Assembly (NCBI GenBank): GCA_013115145.1
Contig: JAAPAO010000087.1
Coordinates: 22,354-86,353 of the forward strand
From: Perkinsus chesapeaki ATCC PRA-425
Taxonomy: Eukaryota > Protista > Perkinsozoa
Direction of reading: 5' to 3'
Length of the DNA stretch: 64,000 bases
The notes beneath the pieces are model-generated. The model was not told where the DNA came from. It saw nothing but the letters and a program-made list of their open reading frames with translations, and did not search any database. Both the position numbers and the translations under genes were made by a program. Positions 40,312 through 52,448 of this stretch are shown here, one piece after another (position 1 is the first letter of the stretch; every line of letters begins with the position of its first letter).

Positions 40312-41417
40312 TCAGAAGCCCACGGCGTGCTTCACCTTCAAGTGGCGGAGATGCCTGAAAGGATTAGCAACGTGTACTACTACTAAGATACACTCAAGCT
40401 TTGAGCACGACTTACACAGGCACCAGATAGGCATCGGGCTCAGTGGCTTTTTTCACAGCGTCGAGTTCTGACATCTTTTGAAGCCACCGAAAAAAGTCTT
40501 CCAGTTGAGGATACTTGTCAAGAGTCACGGCAAAGTCCGGACCTGAAAGCAAAGGACCAATGATGGAAGTGGAAATCCGGGGAAGAGTGAACTCGGCCAA
40601 TCCCTCTACTTGTACCTCGGAGTTTTTGGAGCATTGTCAGCCTCGAGGCCACCGGATATACTGTTATATCCACCAGGGACAAATTGTCGCCAGTATAGAA
40701 AGGTCCTTTGCTCTGAATAAGAATATGGGTGGAACTCCGTTACATATGGATGCGAACGAGGGCGTCGTAATGAAGACCGAGAGAATAAACGAACACTGAC
40801 GCACTTCATCGCTAAACTGCTCGAACTCTTCGACCATTTTCTCCACAGCCTCAGAATCAAACTTCATCAAAGCTTTCATGAAGGTACCCATAGATGCCCC
40901 ATGTTTCTCGGCAGCTTCGCGGATCTTCGTCCTACAAAACATCAGAACACTGCACTACTCCATTATACGGAGAAGAACGACATTTACCTTCCAGCTTCAT
41001 CTGTACGGGGAACTAGAGGAGGAGCACCGAGACCAGCGTTCTCGCCCAGCTTGTCAAGGTACTCTACGCAGTCAATAGATTCAGTGATCTACAAGACACC
41101 AGTACATCACTTAACAGCCAGCACTTACTATCTCCTCCTTTCCATCGGGCCACTGAGCAACGATCACCGGCACAACACCCTTAGGATTCTTCTCCAGAAG
41201 TAGGGGCTCGAGTTTGTACTCGGGAGCACCCTCCGGCAGGGACATCACCTCCTTATACTCGTATGGTATCTGAGGTCATCAGTAAGGCGCTGAGAGAACG
41301 AGTGCTCACTTTGAGGATTTCCAGAGCCAACCATACCCTATGGGAAAACGGGCATACTCTGCAAGAAAGAAATTGAATTTTGGGAAGTTGCTTTGACATT
41401 GTAGTGGCAGTCGCCAT
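40312..41417 (-). CDS. Glutathione S-transferase, Cys-type (omega-like), copy 1
   Basis: MSKQLPKIQFLSCRVCPFSHRVWLALE...KNPKGVVPVI...ESIDCVEYLD...N-cap region DLSILATICPW...YPQLEDFFRWLQKMSELDAVKK. An in-frame upstream ATG lies at 41417. Confidence 0.9.
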
Positions 41418-42188
41418 CGAGGAAATTAAGATCCTAGTTGGAGAGTGAAATGCTATATGAAGATGATGTAATGGTAATCCTTGTCGGATCTACAATAGAA
41501 ACGTCAAGGAAATGCCTGGTGTACGTACGGTATCGTTGAGGTTTTTCCTCAAGGTTCAGAGAGGTTCTTTTTGGGCAGCATGAGGAGGTACAACAGAAAG
41601 GAGAGACAAGTTACCACCGAAGGACGCGCAATGCAGCTGCATGTTCGGTGGCGGTCACGTAGACAGATACTACCTCGGCGTCACGGTCGCAGAATAGAAC
41701 GCGTCTCCTGCGTGGTTCTGCGAGCACATAACGTTGATATGATCCACCACTGGTTATTGGCAACTGTGTCTATTGATTCATGTGATGTTGGTGTGACGCT
41801 GATGGCGGCTATACGATTCCACTACGCCCAAGGCATCACCTCGCAGTGACTTTTGACAGTTCTTTGCTGTTTTAGTAGATGGGACTTGTCCGGCGAAGCT
41901 AACATCTCTGAGGCTCACAAAATGCGAGCCTGAGAGTGCTAACTTCCGTGTGCTTCGGCGTGCCTCTTCTTGGTAGAGTCTACTAACTCTGTGATATCTT
42001 GCATTTGAATCATTTGACAAACACAAGGCACCGAGCAGCAAACGGCCTATCGCGATAACAACGAAGAATGTATCCCATTTTGGGACTCGCGTAAGGCAGG
42101 GGGCTGGCTGATACGAGTAATGACGCCTAACTGTTCGACGACGGTTGTTTCGATGATGTTGTTGACAATGGACACTGTAACGGACCAC

Positions 42189-43182
42189 TTAGGCTGTGTA
42201 GCCAACGGCTCCACGCATTCTGAGGTAACGGCGGTTCCTAAGGCAAATGACAATTCCATCTCGAGCACTGGATTGATTGCTTACATGGTGGTGAGATAGT
42301 CCTCGGATTCATCGGCCTTCTTGGCAGCGTCAAGCTCAGAGACATTCTTAAACCACTCGAAGAGGGGTCCAAGTTGGGGATACTTCTCCACCGATACTTC
42401 GAAGTCTGGGCCTAAGGGACTATTTCGCACTTAGTAACCACTCTGTGTGGTCACCTCGTAACTGTCGTAGCAGACTCAACCTCGACACGGCTGGGTAAAT
42501 GGCAATATCAACTATGGAGAGATCTTTCCCGGTGAAGAAGGGCCCTTTGACCTGCACTCATGGCATCTTGCTAAGCCCTGTGGGAAGTGTACCTCATCAG
42601 AGAACTTTTTTAGTTCCTCAACAAGTGGCCCAAGAGCGTCTTTGTCATTCGTCATGAACGGCTTGTAAAATGCTCCTATCGCGCTCCCGTACTTATCGGC
42701 GGTTTCAATCAAACGTTTCCTGAATGTAATGTCCACCAGATACATTCCGGTTAGCTTTACTTTTCAGCTTCATCATCACGTGGCAGCAGTGGGGCTGCCT
42801 TGAGTCCGTATTTCTCGGCCAGCTTGTCAAGATACTCAACGCAATAAAGCGATTCGGTGACCTGCAAAGATATTGCGCGTTTTGAAACTTTTGTGCGCAC
42901 GCGTACAGTTTCCTCTTTTCCATCCGGAAATTTCACAATTAGAACTGGCACCAGGCCTTGCGGGTTGTGCTCAAGGAGCAGCGCGTCCTTCTTGTATTCA
43001 GTGGCTCCCTCTGGCAAGTGTATCACCTCGACTAAGTCGTAAGGTATCTAAGAAGGTTGATTGTTCACGTTGAGATGGTATAATCTTAGGCATACCTGTA
43101 ACGCTTCCAATGCCAGCCTGGCTCTGTGCGCGAAGGGGCAGAATCTCAGAGTCAGGAACTGGATCTTGGGGAACTGAGACAT
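42189..43182 (-). CDS. Glutathione S-transferase, Cys-type (omega-like), copy 2
   Basis: MSQFPKIQFLTLRFCPFAHRARLALE...HNPQGLVPVL...ESLYCVEYLD...GPFFTGKDLSIVDIAIYP...YPQLGPLFEWFKNVSELDAAKK. Confidence 0.9.
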
Positions 43183-43391
43183 TAGGGGGCAGAAGATTAA
43201 CAAACGCTAAGAAGGAGACACAGGAATCAAAGCTTGCATTCGTACGAATGATAACCATTCGGTCCGAATATACTCAAGACACCCATCAGAACGCAACAAC
43301 TAGGCAAGAAAACAACAAAGCCATGAAAACTTTTGAGCTTTTCACAGAGAGGAGTAGGAGGAGGAGGACTTAGCGGCTGCAGCTGCTGGGG

Positions 43392-44543
43392 CTAGACAAT
43401 GTGGGCTGGCTCGCCTCGCATTACTGCCTTTCCCACCTGAGTTGGATGACTCCGGACTTGCATAAGAACAAGTAGCAAAGAGAATAGGAGAGTGAAAATT
43501 TCCAAATATTGTTTGAAGCTCACCTGCGATGATGCCTTCCCGGACGCATATCTATCGTAACTGCAGAGACTGAATGACGCCTACAGCTAATCTTCGCTTA
43601 GGCCCTACGCTTTAATATAGTAGTCGCGAGACATCACTGTTGTCTTCACTGCTTCAACGGCTGACATTTTCTCATACCACTCATACAGACCAGATAGCTG
43701 TGGCTGATCTCTTGGGCTGATGCTGAAGGTTGGACCTGCGGGGAAAGCTAAGCATGCAGGGAAAAGGCTGTAGAGAGCTACCCTTGTAGTAGGCAAGCAG
43801 GAATGCTCTCAATATCCACGGGTAAACGGCAATGTCGACTATGCACATTGTCTGGCCATTATAGAAGGGGCCCTTCATCTAGAAGCATTAAGCTATACCA
43901 ATCTTGTGAAGCGAGAACTGATACTTCTGATAGGAACTCCTCGCTGCCTTGAACCAGGGTATCGAAAGCCCCTTTATCGCCTCGCATGAGAACAGCGTAG
44001 AAGGGTGATGCTATGTTTTCGTTGTAAAAAGAAGCCTTTTCGAGAATTCGATCCCTGAAGGAAGAACGAGCTTGCAGTTGCCTATGGCCATGTGAGCAAC
44101 GGCCTTACCTCTCAAGCTTATCATCCCTGGGCACGAGTGGTGCTTGGGCCATTCCAAAGCGGGCTGCTAGGCCATCTATGTACTCCACGACCGACAACGA
44201 GTCTGTGACCTTTTAGGCGGTCACTGTGAACCGACCCTATCGAGAGCCCTTACAACTTCCTCGCTGCCAGCGGACCAATCAACCAGTAAGGTTGGAATAA
44301 GACCTTTCGGGTTCTTCTCCACCAAGAGAGGATGCTTCTCATACTGGTCGGTGCCCTCGGGTAGGCTAAGAGCTTCTATCAGCTCGAAAGGCATCTGCGG
44401 GCGAGATTTCCCAGAGGTTTAGGATTCCCTTTGCTATGCACCTTGAACCATTCAAGGACTATACGGGCCCGCTGGGCGAATGGGCAAAAGTCCGAGGTAA
44501 GGAAGCGAAGACGGGGAAATCCTAATAGTTCTGGTGAGCTCAT
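43392..44543 (-). CDS. Glutathione S-transferase, Cys-type (omega-like), copy 3
   Basis: MSSPELLGFPRLRFLTSDFCPFAQRARIVLE...KNPKGLIPTL...DSLVVVEYID...GPFYNGQTMCIVDIAVYPWILR...YEWYEKMSAVEAVK...YDRYASGKASSQVGKAVMRG. Confidence 0.9.
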
Positions 44544-44761
44544 GATGAAATGAAGAAGTATCTGAGCTTGGTTATCTTGGAAAGTGAAGAGCAAGCAACA
44601 ATGCCGATGCAGGTAAATACATACATCGCGCCACTACAATATCTTACGACTCAATAAGCCTTGCTCCAACCCGGCATAATTGGGCTAAACTAAGTATCGA
44701 GTTTTGTGCATCGTACTGTTCCAGCGGGAAGCCGGCTGGTTGTTGGGTGAGCTGATTTGGT

Positions 44762-45590
44762 TCAAATGAGCACACTCAACGCTCCCCTTCGAGCACGGTA
44801 GCCCGCAGAGTAAAATACAGGGATACGAATGGGGATTTGCTGACTCCGAAATTCGGAGTCCGAATTATAATGATGTATTGGATCGTTATCAAGGTTCGCA
44901 GTTCGTGCGCGCGCGTGCACGGGCTGCATCAGCACAATGTGTACGCATGCGTTACCTATGGCATGGCATCTTACTTGCTCTGTTATCCCATAACTAGTAG
45001 CCTTTCTCGAAGGTTCGATCATATTGGCAGCATATTCTCTCAGGTACTCTATCAACGACGCTTGCACTAGGAACCACGGAGATGGAGGTGGTTTACGGCT
45101 GGGCTAGCGAGTCCGCCCTAACCACCACGCCTCAGTGGAGCGTGCGATTATGGAAATTTGGTGGAGCGTCGGATGAGGTCTTGCATAGATTTCTTACTAT
45201 GCCCAGATTTATCCTTTCACATGGAGTTCGAGCCGCTCTTTCTTGCCCTTCGGGGAAGTATGCAGTCTCCTGGAATTTCCGTGCCCATAAAAGCGCCCCT
45301 ACACTTGGCGAATGGGTGGGTATTCCGCGTCACCACACAAAAAGCCCACTTGCACTGGTATTTCTCGCTCAACTCGGATTGGAACGGACGGGCTTGACTA
45401 GTTCGGGCTCCCAGTTGTTCGCTGCTGAGCCGTGGTGGGTAATTCCTTTCTTACGGGGCATTGCTGACCAACGATTGGCCCTTCCAGCGCACCTGTTCCG
45501 CTCGCCGTGCTAGCAAAGGCGCTCGAAAACGCCGTATCGGGTCCTGAGCTTGGCGAACTTCGGTTCACCGTCCACTCGGCTCTCGTTCAT
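44762..45590 (-). other. Possible spliced gene of unknown function (unresolved)
   Basis: Exon-like SLIEYLREYAANMIEPSRKATSYGITEQ|gtaag, and EKYQCKWAFCVVTRNTHPFAKC in a frame whose TAA falls inside a gtaag..cag segment. No complete model was obtained. Confidence 0.3.
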
Positions 45591-45730
45591 TTTCTAACCA
45601 CAGGTTGTTTGCCCGGTATAAGTGAATTGACCCCTGAGTGCGGTTGAGATGATGAGATTTCTCATGCTTCCGCTTCCTTTCTGTTGTCTCGTGCTCCTTT
45701 CCCCTGACATATTTCCACAGTTCTCCTCTA

Positions 45731-46426
45731 ATGGTCTCAGCAGTCGTTGTATCTTTGCTGGTGGGATCCATCTTCGTGGAAGTTCTGCTCCTATTCCTAA
45801 TTGTAAGCCTCGCACTATTGCATCTACGGCTCCATTGTTGGCGCATCAGTTCTTTTGGGTATACAAGACATTTCGGCGTCGTAGTATTCAAAGCTCAACG
45901 TCCGAGGAACCAGCAGTTACCGTTCGACCCACAATTTCAGGGAAGAGAATTGTACGTGGAATTGGTAAAGTTGTACCATTTTGTTGTTCACTTAGGATTT
46001 TGAAGACGCCTCCTCAGAAGGAGCCAGTCGTACAGTGTAAGCGCTCCTCCGTTGCAGAAAGATATATCACCAATTTGCTATTATTAGTTACCTTGACCAT
46101 CAATCATGCACCATTTGTTTATTACATTATAAACGAGGTGATTCACTTAAAGAATTACCGTGCGGGCATGTATATCATGAACGATGTATCAACAAGTAAC
46201 CCCCGCTTTGCACTATCTATCGCACTGTCGTTGCGGCTAAATTGAGACGATTTAGAAGTATTACAGTAATTATTCTCTCAGGTGGATCTGCCAAGCCCCA
46301 TGCACGAGTTGTCCGTATTGTCGTTTTGATTGCAGCGTGCACAAGTTTGGCAGTACTGCAGAAAGAGCACACAACACAACACATTGTATGGAGACCTCTG
46401 CAGAGAGTCCTTATTATTATCGATGA
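45731..46426 (+). CDS. N-terminal TM + RING-H2 E3 ubiquitin ligase, copy 1
   Basis: MVSAVVVSLLVGSIFVEVLLLFLI|FFWVYK...; CTICLLHYKRGDSLKELPCGHVYHERCINK|WICQAPCTSCPYCR. Confidence 0.88.
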
Positions 46427-46740
46427 TGAGGCGGCGCTTGTACGCCACGTCGTTTTTCCTTATAACACTTCTTCTGTGAGCACCAGTATTAATTACGTAG
46501 GTTGTCTCAAGATTCAATGTCATTTAAGCTCTTTTCCCAGAGGAAGGAAGTGCATCACAAGTTTGGAGGTGCAGCAGCCATATTTGCTTAATTGTCATTC
46601 AATATTGTCGGATGCAAGAGTATCGCTCCTTAGAGCACTTAGAGACCAGATAGTCCGGTTTGACTGACTAGCGCACTTGTGTTGAGTAGTATGGGAATTC
46701 TCATCCTCCTTCTTTCTGCAAGGCTTTTACCCACCTAAGT

Positions 46741-47953
46741 ATGGCCGTCTCAACTACCACTGCAGCTCTGATCGGTATATCAGGTGTGCTGGCAGAAATC
46801 TTTATCGTCCTTGTAGTTATTGTAAGTTCTTGCCCTTCAAATCTACACCCCTTAAGGCATCTGAAATTGAGCGAACTTCCCCCTAATTTAGCCCTGGCAG
46901 AACTTTGTGAAGTAATGTTCCGTTTCTGGTGACTAAAAAGTCGAATGCGTGGAATAAACTTAGAAAATGTTCATAATATAAGCCTTGTCTGAGGGGCCTT
47001 TTGGATGCGGATAGCAACCTGGATTTTATCTTGAACTTTCGGAATCGTGAAGTAGATTTAATAACGTTTTGATATTCAACGGAATTCTGGTCAATACAAC
47101 GCTCAGTAGTCGTCGTCTGCTTGGGAAATAAGAAGCCTGAAGTGGTATAAATAAATTTATAGGAAGCCAGTTCCACTAACGTGTCCCTTGTTCAGAGGCT
47201 ATGTCGAAAACGACAGGCGTGCGCTTCGTGTGAGGAAGTATGTTGTGATAAGCAGAATCATCGTATAGAGTTGGACAAATTCTTGGTGAGTTGTTTGGTG
47301 AGGTTTCAATTCACACGCTCTACCACCTGGAAGTCCTACAGGTTAGTGCTTGAAAAGTATTACCTCGCAAAAGCTTTATGGCGCGAGAAAATGATAAGGT
47401 GCGGATAGTGTCATATCGAAGCTCCCGCTGAGGGAATATGAATGCTGCACAAAGACTCGCTTCGACACTTGAGCTATGCTTAATTCTTTTTAATAAATCA
47501 CTGTATGGCTGAATAATGTCGATGAAACCTGGCGCTTGAAATATCCACCTTTGCATTGCTGAAACAGCCTCTGATGAGCAAATACTACGTAGATGGAGTT
47601 CGTGAGTATCTGTATATCGACATTGCTCTCTCAGGCTGTCCACCGGTTCGATGATGCGTTATGTGCATCACATGAAAAGTAACCATCTCTCCCGTTGCCT
47701 GGCTGCCACGTGAGATCCTCCTCCCCTTGTGTAATCAGGTTTAGCCCCTCCTGCGCTATTTGTCTCGCTGATTTCGACGTGTCAAACAATGTCGCTGAGC
47801 TACCTTGCCAACATGTGTATCATACTCAATGCATTAAGCAGTAACCAATAAACTTCGAATCCAGGTTAGATCTTTGTCCTCCTCAGATGGTTCCAATTCT
47901 CAGAGGGCCCTTACCGCTGTCCAACCTGTCGTCACCTCATTCCCCTCGTTTAG
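46741..47953 (+). CDS. N-terminal TM + RING-H2 E3 ubiquitin ligase, copy 2 (middle exons unresolved)
   Basis: First exon MAVSTTTAALIGISGVLAEIFIVLVVI|gtaag. RING CAICLADFDVSNNVAELPCQHVYHTQCIKQ|WFQFSEGPYRCPTCRHLIPLV*. Confidence 0.72.
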
Positions 47954-48591
47954 TCTATCCGGTCATCGCACATTCACGAGCACTACAAGTATGGCACCAT
48001 TTATTATCTCCGTCTCGTTGGAAGAGTTATTTGTCCGTAAAACCCGGTAGTTGTCTTTATATCCGTAAAACTCGCCTATCGTATTAACTTCGCACATTTA
48101 GCTTGCGTGGTCACCGCTGGTGACGCTACCGTTCATAAGGAAGCAGTGTTATGTGGCAATAGCCTGTATTTGCCTTTTTGTTGTACAAGCTCTTCAACTG
48201 GCCGTCTGCGACGATCTTTTATATCACTATCGCGCAAGAGTATGTGCTTACTAACCATCTACCTACGTTGAGAGACAGAGTCGGCAAGCCGATGTTAGTC
48301 TTATTTTATGGCACATTATCGGTAAAGTCCGTTTTCTTTTGAATACTGTTGCGTAGCTGTTGCCATGAATACACGCTATTTAACGGAACACTCTTCGTTA
48401 TAAGCTTCCGGTGGCCAGAGTCACTATCGGACAGGGGTGAGAAGGGAATATGTCGATGAGAGCCTCTCATTGAGAGGAAACAATCACCAGACAGTTGCGT
48501 GCACGATAATAAGCAAATTTCATAGAACAACTGAGTGGCAGATTAGATCCCACTCGTACACGAGATGAAGTGATCGGGTACCTACTACACA

Positions 48592-48633
48592 AGTAGTAGT
48601 AGTACTAGTAGTAGTAGCAGTAGTAGTAGTAGT
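48592..48633. repeat. (AGT)n microsatellite, imperfect
   Basis: agtagtagtagtactagtagtagtagcagtagtagtagtagt read directly. Confidence 0.9.
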
Positions 48634-49433
48634 AAAAGGTGTACTGCAACGAGCACATGAAGCATGGTCCGAGATATTCTAAAGCGTGAAATAGTAAGTA
48701 CGGCAATGATAGGTGGTATAGATTACTGATTGGTGTTTCTATTTATAAATATTAGTACAGAAATCCATATGTCATCTTCGAATATATGATGTATCGATCA
48801 GCTGGGCTGAGGGCGGCGCATAGACGAAGGAACCTGAGGACTACCAGTCGAGGGCCCGCCTCAAAGCCAGCCATATCAGTGGTACTCAGAGGAGAGATTT
48901 TAATTCATCAAAAAGTGTAGGACTTGAGAGTTCGCTAAGCGACAATGAACGGGTAAGCACGGAGTCGTGCAATAGGTCGTCTATTGTGTAATCTTCGTCT
49001 GATTCAGTCGCAGCCTCATTCAATGAGGCTCATTGGTGACATAATACTTGCACGCATGCGCTCGGAGTGGAGGCACCTTTGGGGGCCGTCGTTCCATGCT
49101 TCCCGGGATCCGTTTGCTGGAGTCATGTACCTTTGGCGGTGCCAGACACTGTGATACTCGTTACTAGTTCATCTTGTTACGTCTCTCCGGAGGCGATTAC
49201 CAACGGTCCGTGATCCCTATGCGTGACGGTCACGCTTTGCTCTCAGTCTAACCTGTGTCACGGCCGGCAATGAACATGCGATTCGCTTGGAGCGCTGAAG
49301 TATTCTATCATCGATCTTGACCTTCTATCCGCGCTGGCTTAGTAAGCCTCGCCTCATAGCAAACAGCTCCTTGGCTCCCTGTCAATTCCATTCAGGCTTC
49401 CTGCCCTTTTTTCCTTTTAAATAAGGAGTTGTA

Positions 49434-50118
49434 ATGTCCAAAGTTGTAATACTTACCGTAGTTATAACACTAATTGTTGTCGTTGAATGGCTACTCATAT
49501 CTCTCTTTGTAATATACTGCTCTTTCTGTACCATAACCGTCCGTTCTTTTCAGTGGATCTTGTGTAAGCGCATGAAGTTTAAAACGGAGAGTGATAAGCT
49601 GGCGGACAGAATGCAACGCATTCGCGCGTTGTCCAACGAAACGGTGAGATACCACTGGGCTTTATGCAGTGCTTGGCGATCCCTCTGATCACATCTTCCT
49701 CATCGGGTATCGGAATTTATCTTATTCAGACCTTCGAGGCTGTGTCGTCCGATTTGTGTGAAAAAGGGGAAAGGAAGTAAGCATGGTACGGCTTCGTGTT
49801 GCTACATAAGGTCATGTTTCTCAGGATTCAATCAGATCTCTGCTCGATTTGTCTTCTTACGTTTGATGCCAAGACCACCATTCTCCAGCTCCAGTGTGGG
49901 CATATCTATCATGTGGAATGCATCGAAGGGTGGGAATGCTTCGCGTTCTCTCTCCGACTTACTTTGCTCTCTTACACCATTTGACTCTCAGATGGGCTAA
50001 GAATGCCTCGAAGTTCAGCTGTCCAACATGCCGATGTGCCTGCTTAGAGCAAGACGATCATCACAACCCTCGAGACTGCTGTGCCCCAATCGACCTACCT
50101 CCGGTCCACGCATCTTAG
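49434..50118 (+). CDS. N-terminal TM + RING-H2 E3 ubiquitin ligase, copy 3
   Basis: MSKVVILTVVITLIVVVEWLLISLF|WILCKR...; CSICLLTFDAKTTILQLQCGHIYHVECIEG|WAKNASKFSCPTCR. Confidence 0.9.
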
Positions 50119-50574
50119 TTATGTAGGCACAGAGCAACCGATTAGCTACTGGATTTCGTTTCGTTAAGGTTTGTCATTCTCCAGCAGATCTCAATTGTAG
50201 GCTAGTGTAACATTGTTGAATAGTTTATGTCAAAAGCTATCTCAGATGGCGATTAGTACAGCCAGCTTGTGGCACGTCTCGGTCTCCCCCTATTTGTGAG
50301 CCAACGTAATGTTCTTAGAGTTCAGCTTAGTTACGATTTGGCCTTGTGGAGTTCTAACGTCTCTTATCATTAAGGAGATGTTCTCCCGATGCCTTTCGCA
50401 TACCTGGACTCACTCACAAACAATTGTTTATAATGTTGTCATTTATAATAATAAACATCGTCTCATACTCTTCTTTGTGTAACCTGTTCTTGGGTTGTGT
50501 TGTAAGGGTATCATTATGTGTATTGGTCTACTCGTCCAGTATCTCCCTTTCCTTCACTACTTCGTCAATCTAAG

Positions 50575-51083
50575 ACATATTCCACAATTTAAGAGACTGC
50601 ACACGACCTCCAGCAAGGGCCTTCCCCGATCCTGACTACGCTTCTGTTGATGCATTGAAGTCAAAGGCTAGAGAACCCACGTGCGGTACAGGTGGCGGTA
50701 GCGGCCAAACCTTGGCTACATGTCACATTCCACAGTCACAAGACACTATAACTGCGCCCTGCACTGCTGTAGGACTGCGCGGGTTGCCTCCACTACCGTC
50801 CACAGCTATGGTGCCTCGAAGTGGCGGACCATCAATAGATAATCAAACATGTCTGCCATCTCTAGCAGACACTCGATGTGTCAATCCACTTGGTGACATT
50901 TGTCCGAATGAGTACTCGTCTGGTTGCCCCAGGGATGATATCGTAGCAGATGTTGTTGTTTCATACCCCTCCTTTGGGCAGAGTGACGGCACTGGACACT
51001 GGAAGGGATCCCTCGAGTGCTAACTCTGTTTCAGCCTTCGGCAATCGTTATCTCCGTCCTCAACAAAGTCAAGAGAGTTCGTA
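50575..51083 (+). pseudogene. Truncated RecQ 5' duplicate (pseudogene)
   Basis: Homologous to 53129-53690. It lacks ~230 bp containing the RecQ ATG and ~60 bp containing a splice donor, then reads FGNRYLRPQQSQESS* (versus FGNRDFRPQQREAIN) and homology ends. Confidence 0.85.
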
Positions 51084-51748
51084 GCGGCTACATTTGCACT
51101 GTCATTTTCAGCCGCGAAATTTGTCATAAGCTATATGATCCGTATGGTTGACCGAGAACGCTGCATTTCGCACCGGCAACTGCCAGAAGCCCCGAGCTAG
51201 GAGTTCTTTATGATACTCAAGTTGAGTGATTCAAGCTTTTATTGATCAAGTTTGATAAGGAATCCTTATTCAGTATTGAGTTGCACATACACCCAAAACG
51301 TGGAAGCGCGCCTGGAAGCTCTGTTACTTATTAGTCAGGGCCCGTGAAGTGAGGGTATATGATTCCAGGTTGGCAAATAAGACAAGATACCAATTCATAT
51401 TAGTTCCCAATTCGTAAATGTCTTAGTATGCAACTACAGTAGAAGGAGGTGGTAGGCTATTAGGCTGTTCGTGACCGTTTTGGAGACGGTCGCCTGCGCC
51501 CGTCACAGTCAAGCTCCCGAGGAGCTGCTCCTCGGTGCGCGGGGAAATACGATGAGAATGCCGTCATCGGTGCCAGCTGTCAGCTGTGTATCCGATCATC
51601 GGGCTGACCGTTTTTACGTTGGCCTCATCGTTTTTACTTTGGCCTCAACTCAATTTGGTACTCGGACCAAGTACCAAGTATCTTGGTTTCGTCTAGGTGT
51701 AACCAGGCTTCCTGCCTTTTACCCTTTTATCGTATATAAGGGGTTGTA

Positions 51749-52448
51749 ATGTCCAAAGTTGTAATAATTACCGTGGCTGTTACACTCATTATAGTCGTAG
51801 AATGGCTGCTCATCTCCTTCCTTGTAATACACTAGTACCGTGTCGGTACTACCATCTTCATTATAGCCGCCCGTTCTTTTCAGTGGATCTTGAGTAAGCG
51901 TAGACAAACTTCGACGGAGGGCGATAAGCTGGCGGACAGAATGCAACGCATTCGCGCGTTGTCCAGCGAAACGGTGAGATACCACTGGGCTTTATGCAGT
52001 GCTTGACGATCCCTCTGATCACACTTACTCATCGAATATTGAGCCTTATCTTACTTCAGACCTTCGAGGCTGTGTCGTCCGATTTGTGTGAGAAAGGGGA
52101 AAGGAAGTAAGCATGGTACGGCTTCATGTTGCTACATAAGGTCATGTTTCTCAGGATTCAATCAGATCTCTGCTCGATTTGTCTGCTTACATTTGATGCC
52201 AAGACCACCATTCTCCAGCTCCAGTGTGGGCATATCTATCATGTGGAATGCATCGAAGGGTGGGAATGCTTCGCGTTCTCTCTCCGACTTACTTTGCTCT
52301 CTTACACCATTTGACTCTCAGATGGGCTAAGAATGCCTCGAAGTTCAGCTGTCCAACATGCCGATGTGCCTGCTTAGAGCAAGACGATCATCACAACCCT
52401 CGAGACTGCTGTGCCCCAATCGACCTACCTCCCGTCCACGCATCTTAG
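51749..52448 (+). CDS. N-terminal TM + RING-H2 E3 ubiquitin ligase, copy 4
   Basis: MSKVVIITVAVTLIIVVEWLLISFL|WILSKR...; the RING and C-terminus are identical in protein to copy 3. Confidence 0.9.

Noticed and set aside
41450-42170. Possible small gene between GST copies 1 and 2
   Set aside because: Multiple incompatible exon chains, and no similarity to the segment downstream of GST copy 1.
45226-45234. B-box-like GTTCGAGCC suggesting a tRNA or SINE
   Set aside because: No A-box at the proper spacing and no cloverleaf.
45649-46245. 198-aa plus ORF
   Set aside because: It reads through introns of RING copy 1 and is in the wrong frame over the RING domain.
46883-47643. Two minus-strand ORFs that first suggested a hAT transposase remnant
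   Set aside because: No DDE or dimerisation motif, no terminal inverted repeats or target-site duplication. They lie antisense to RING copy 2 exons.
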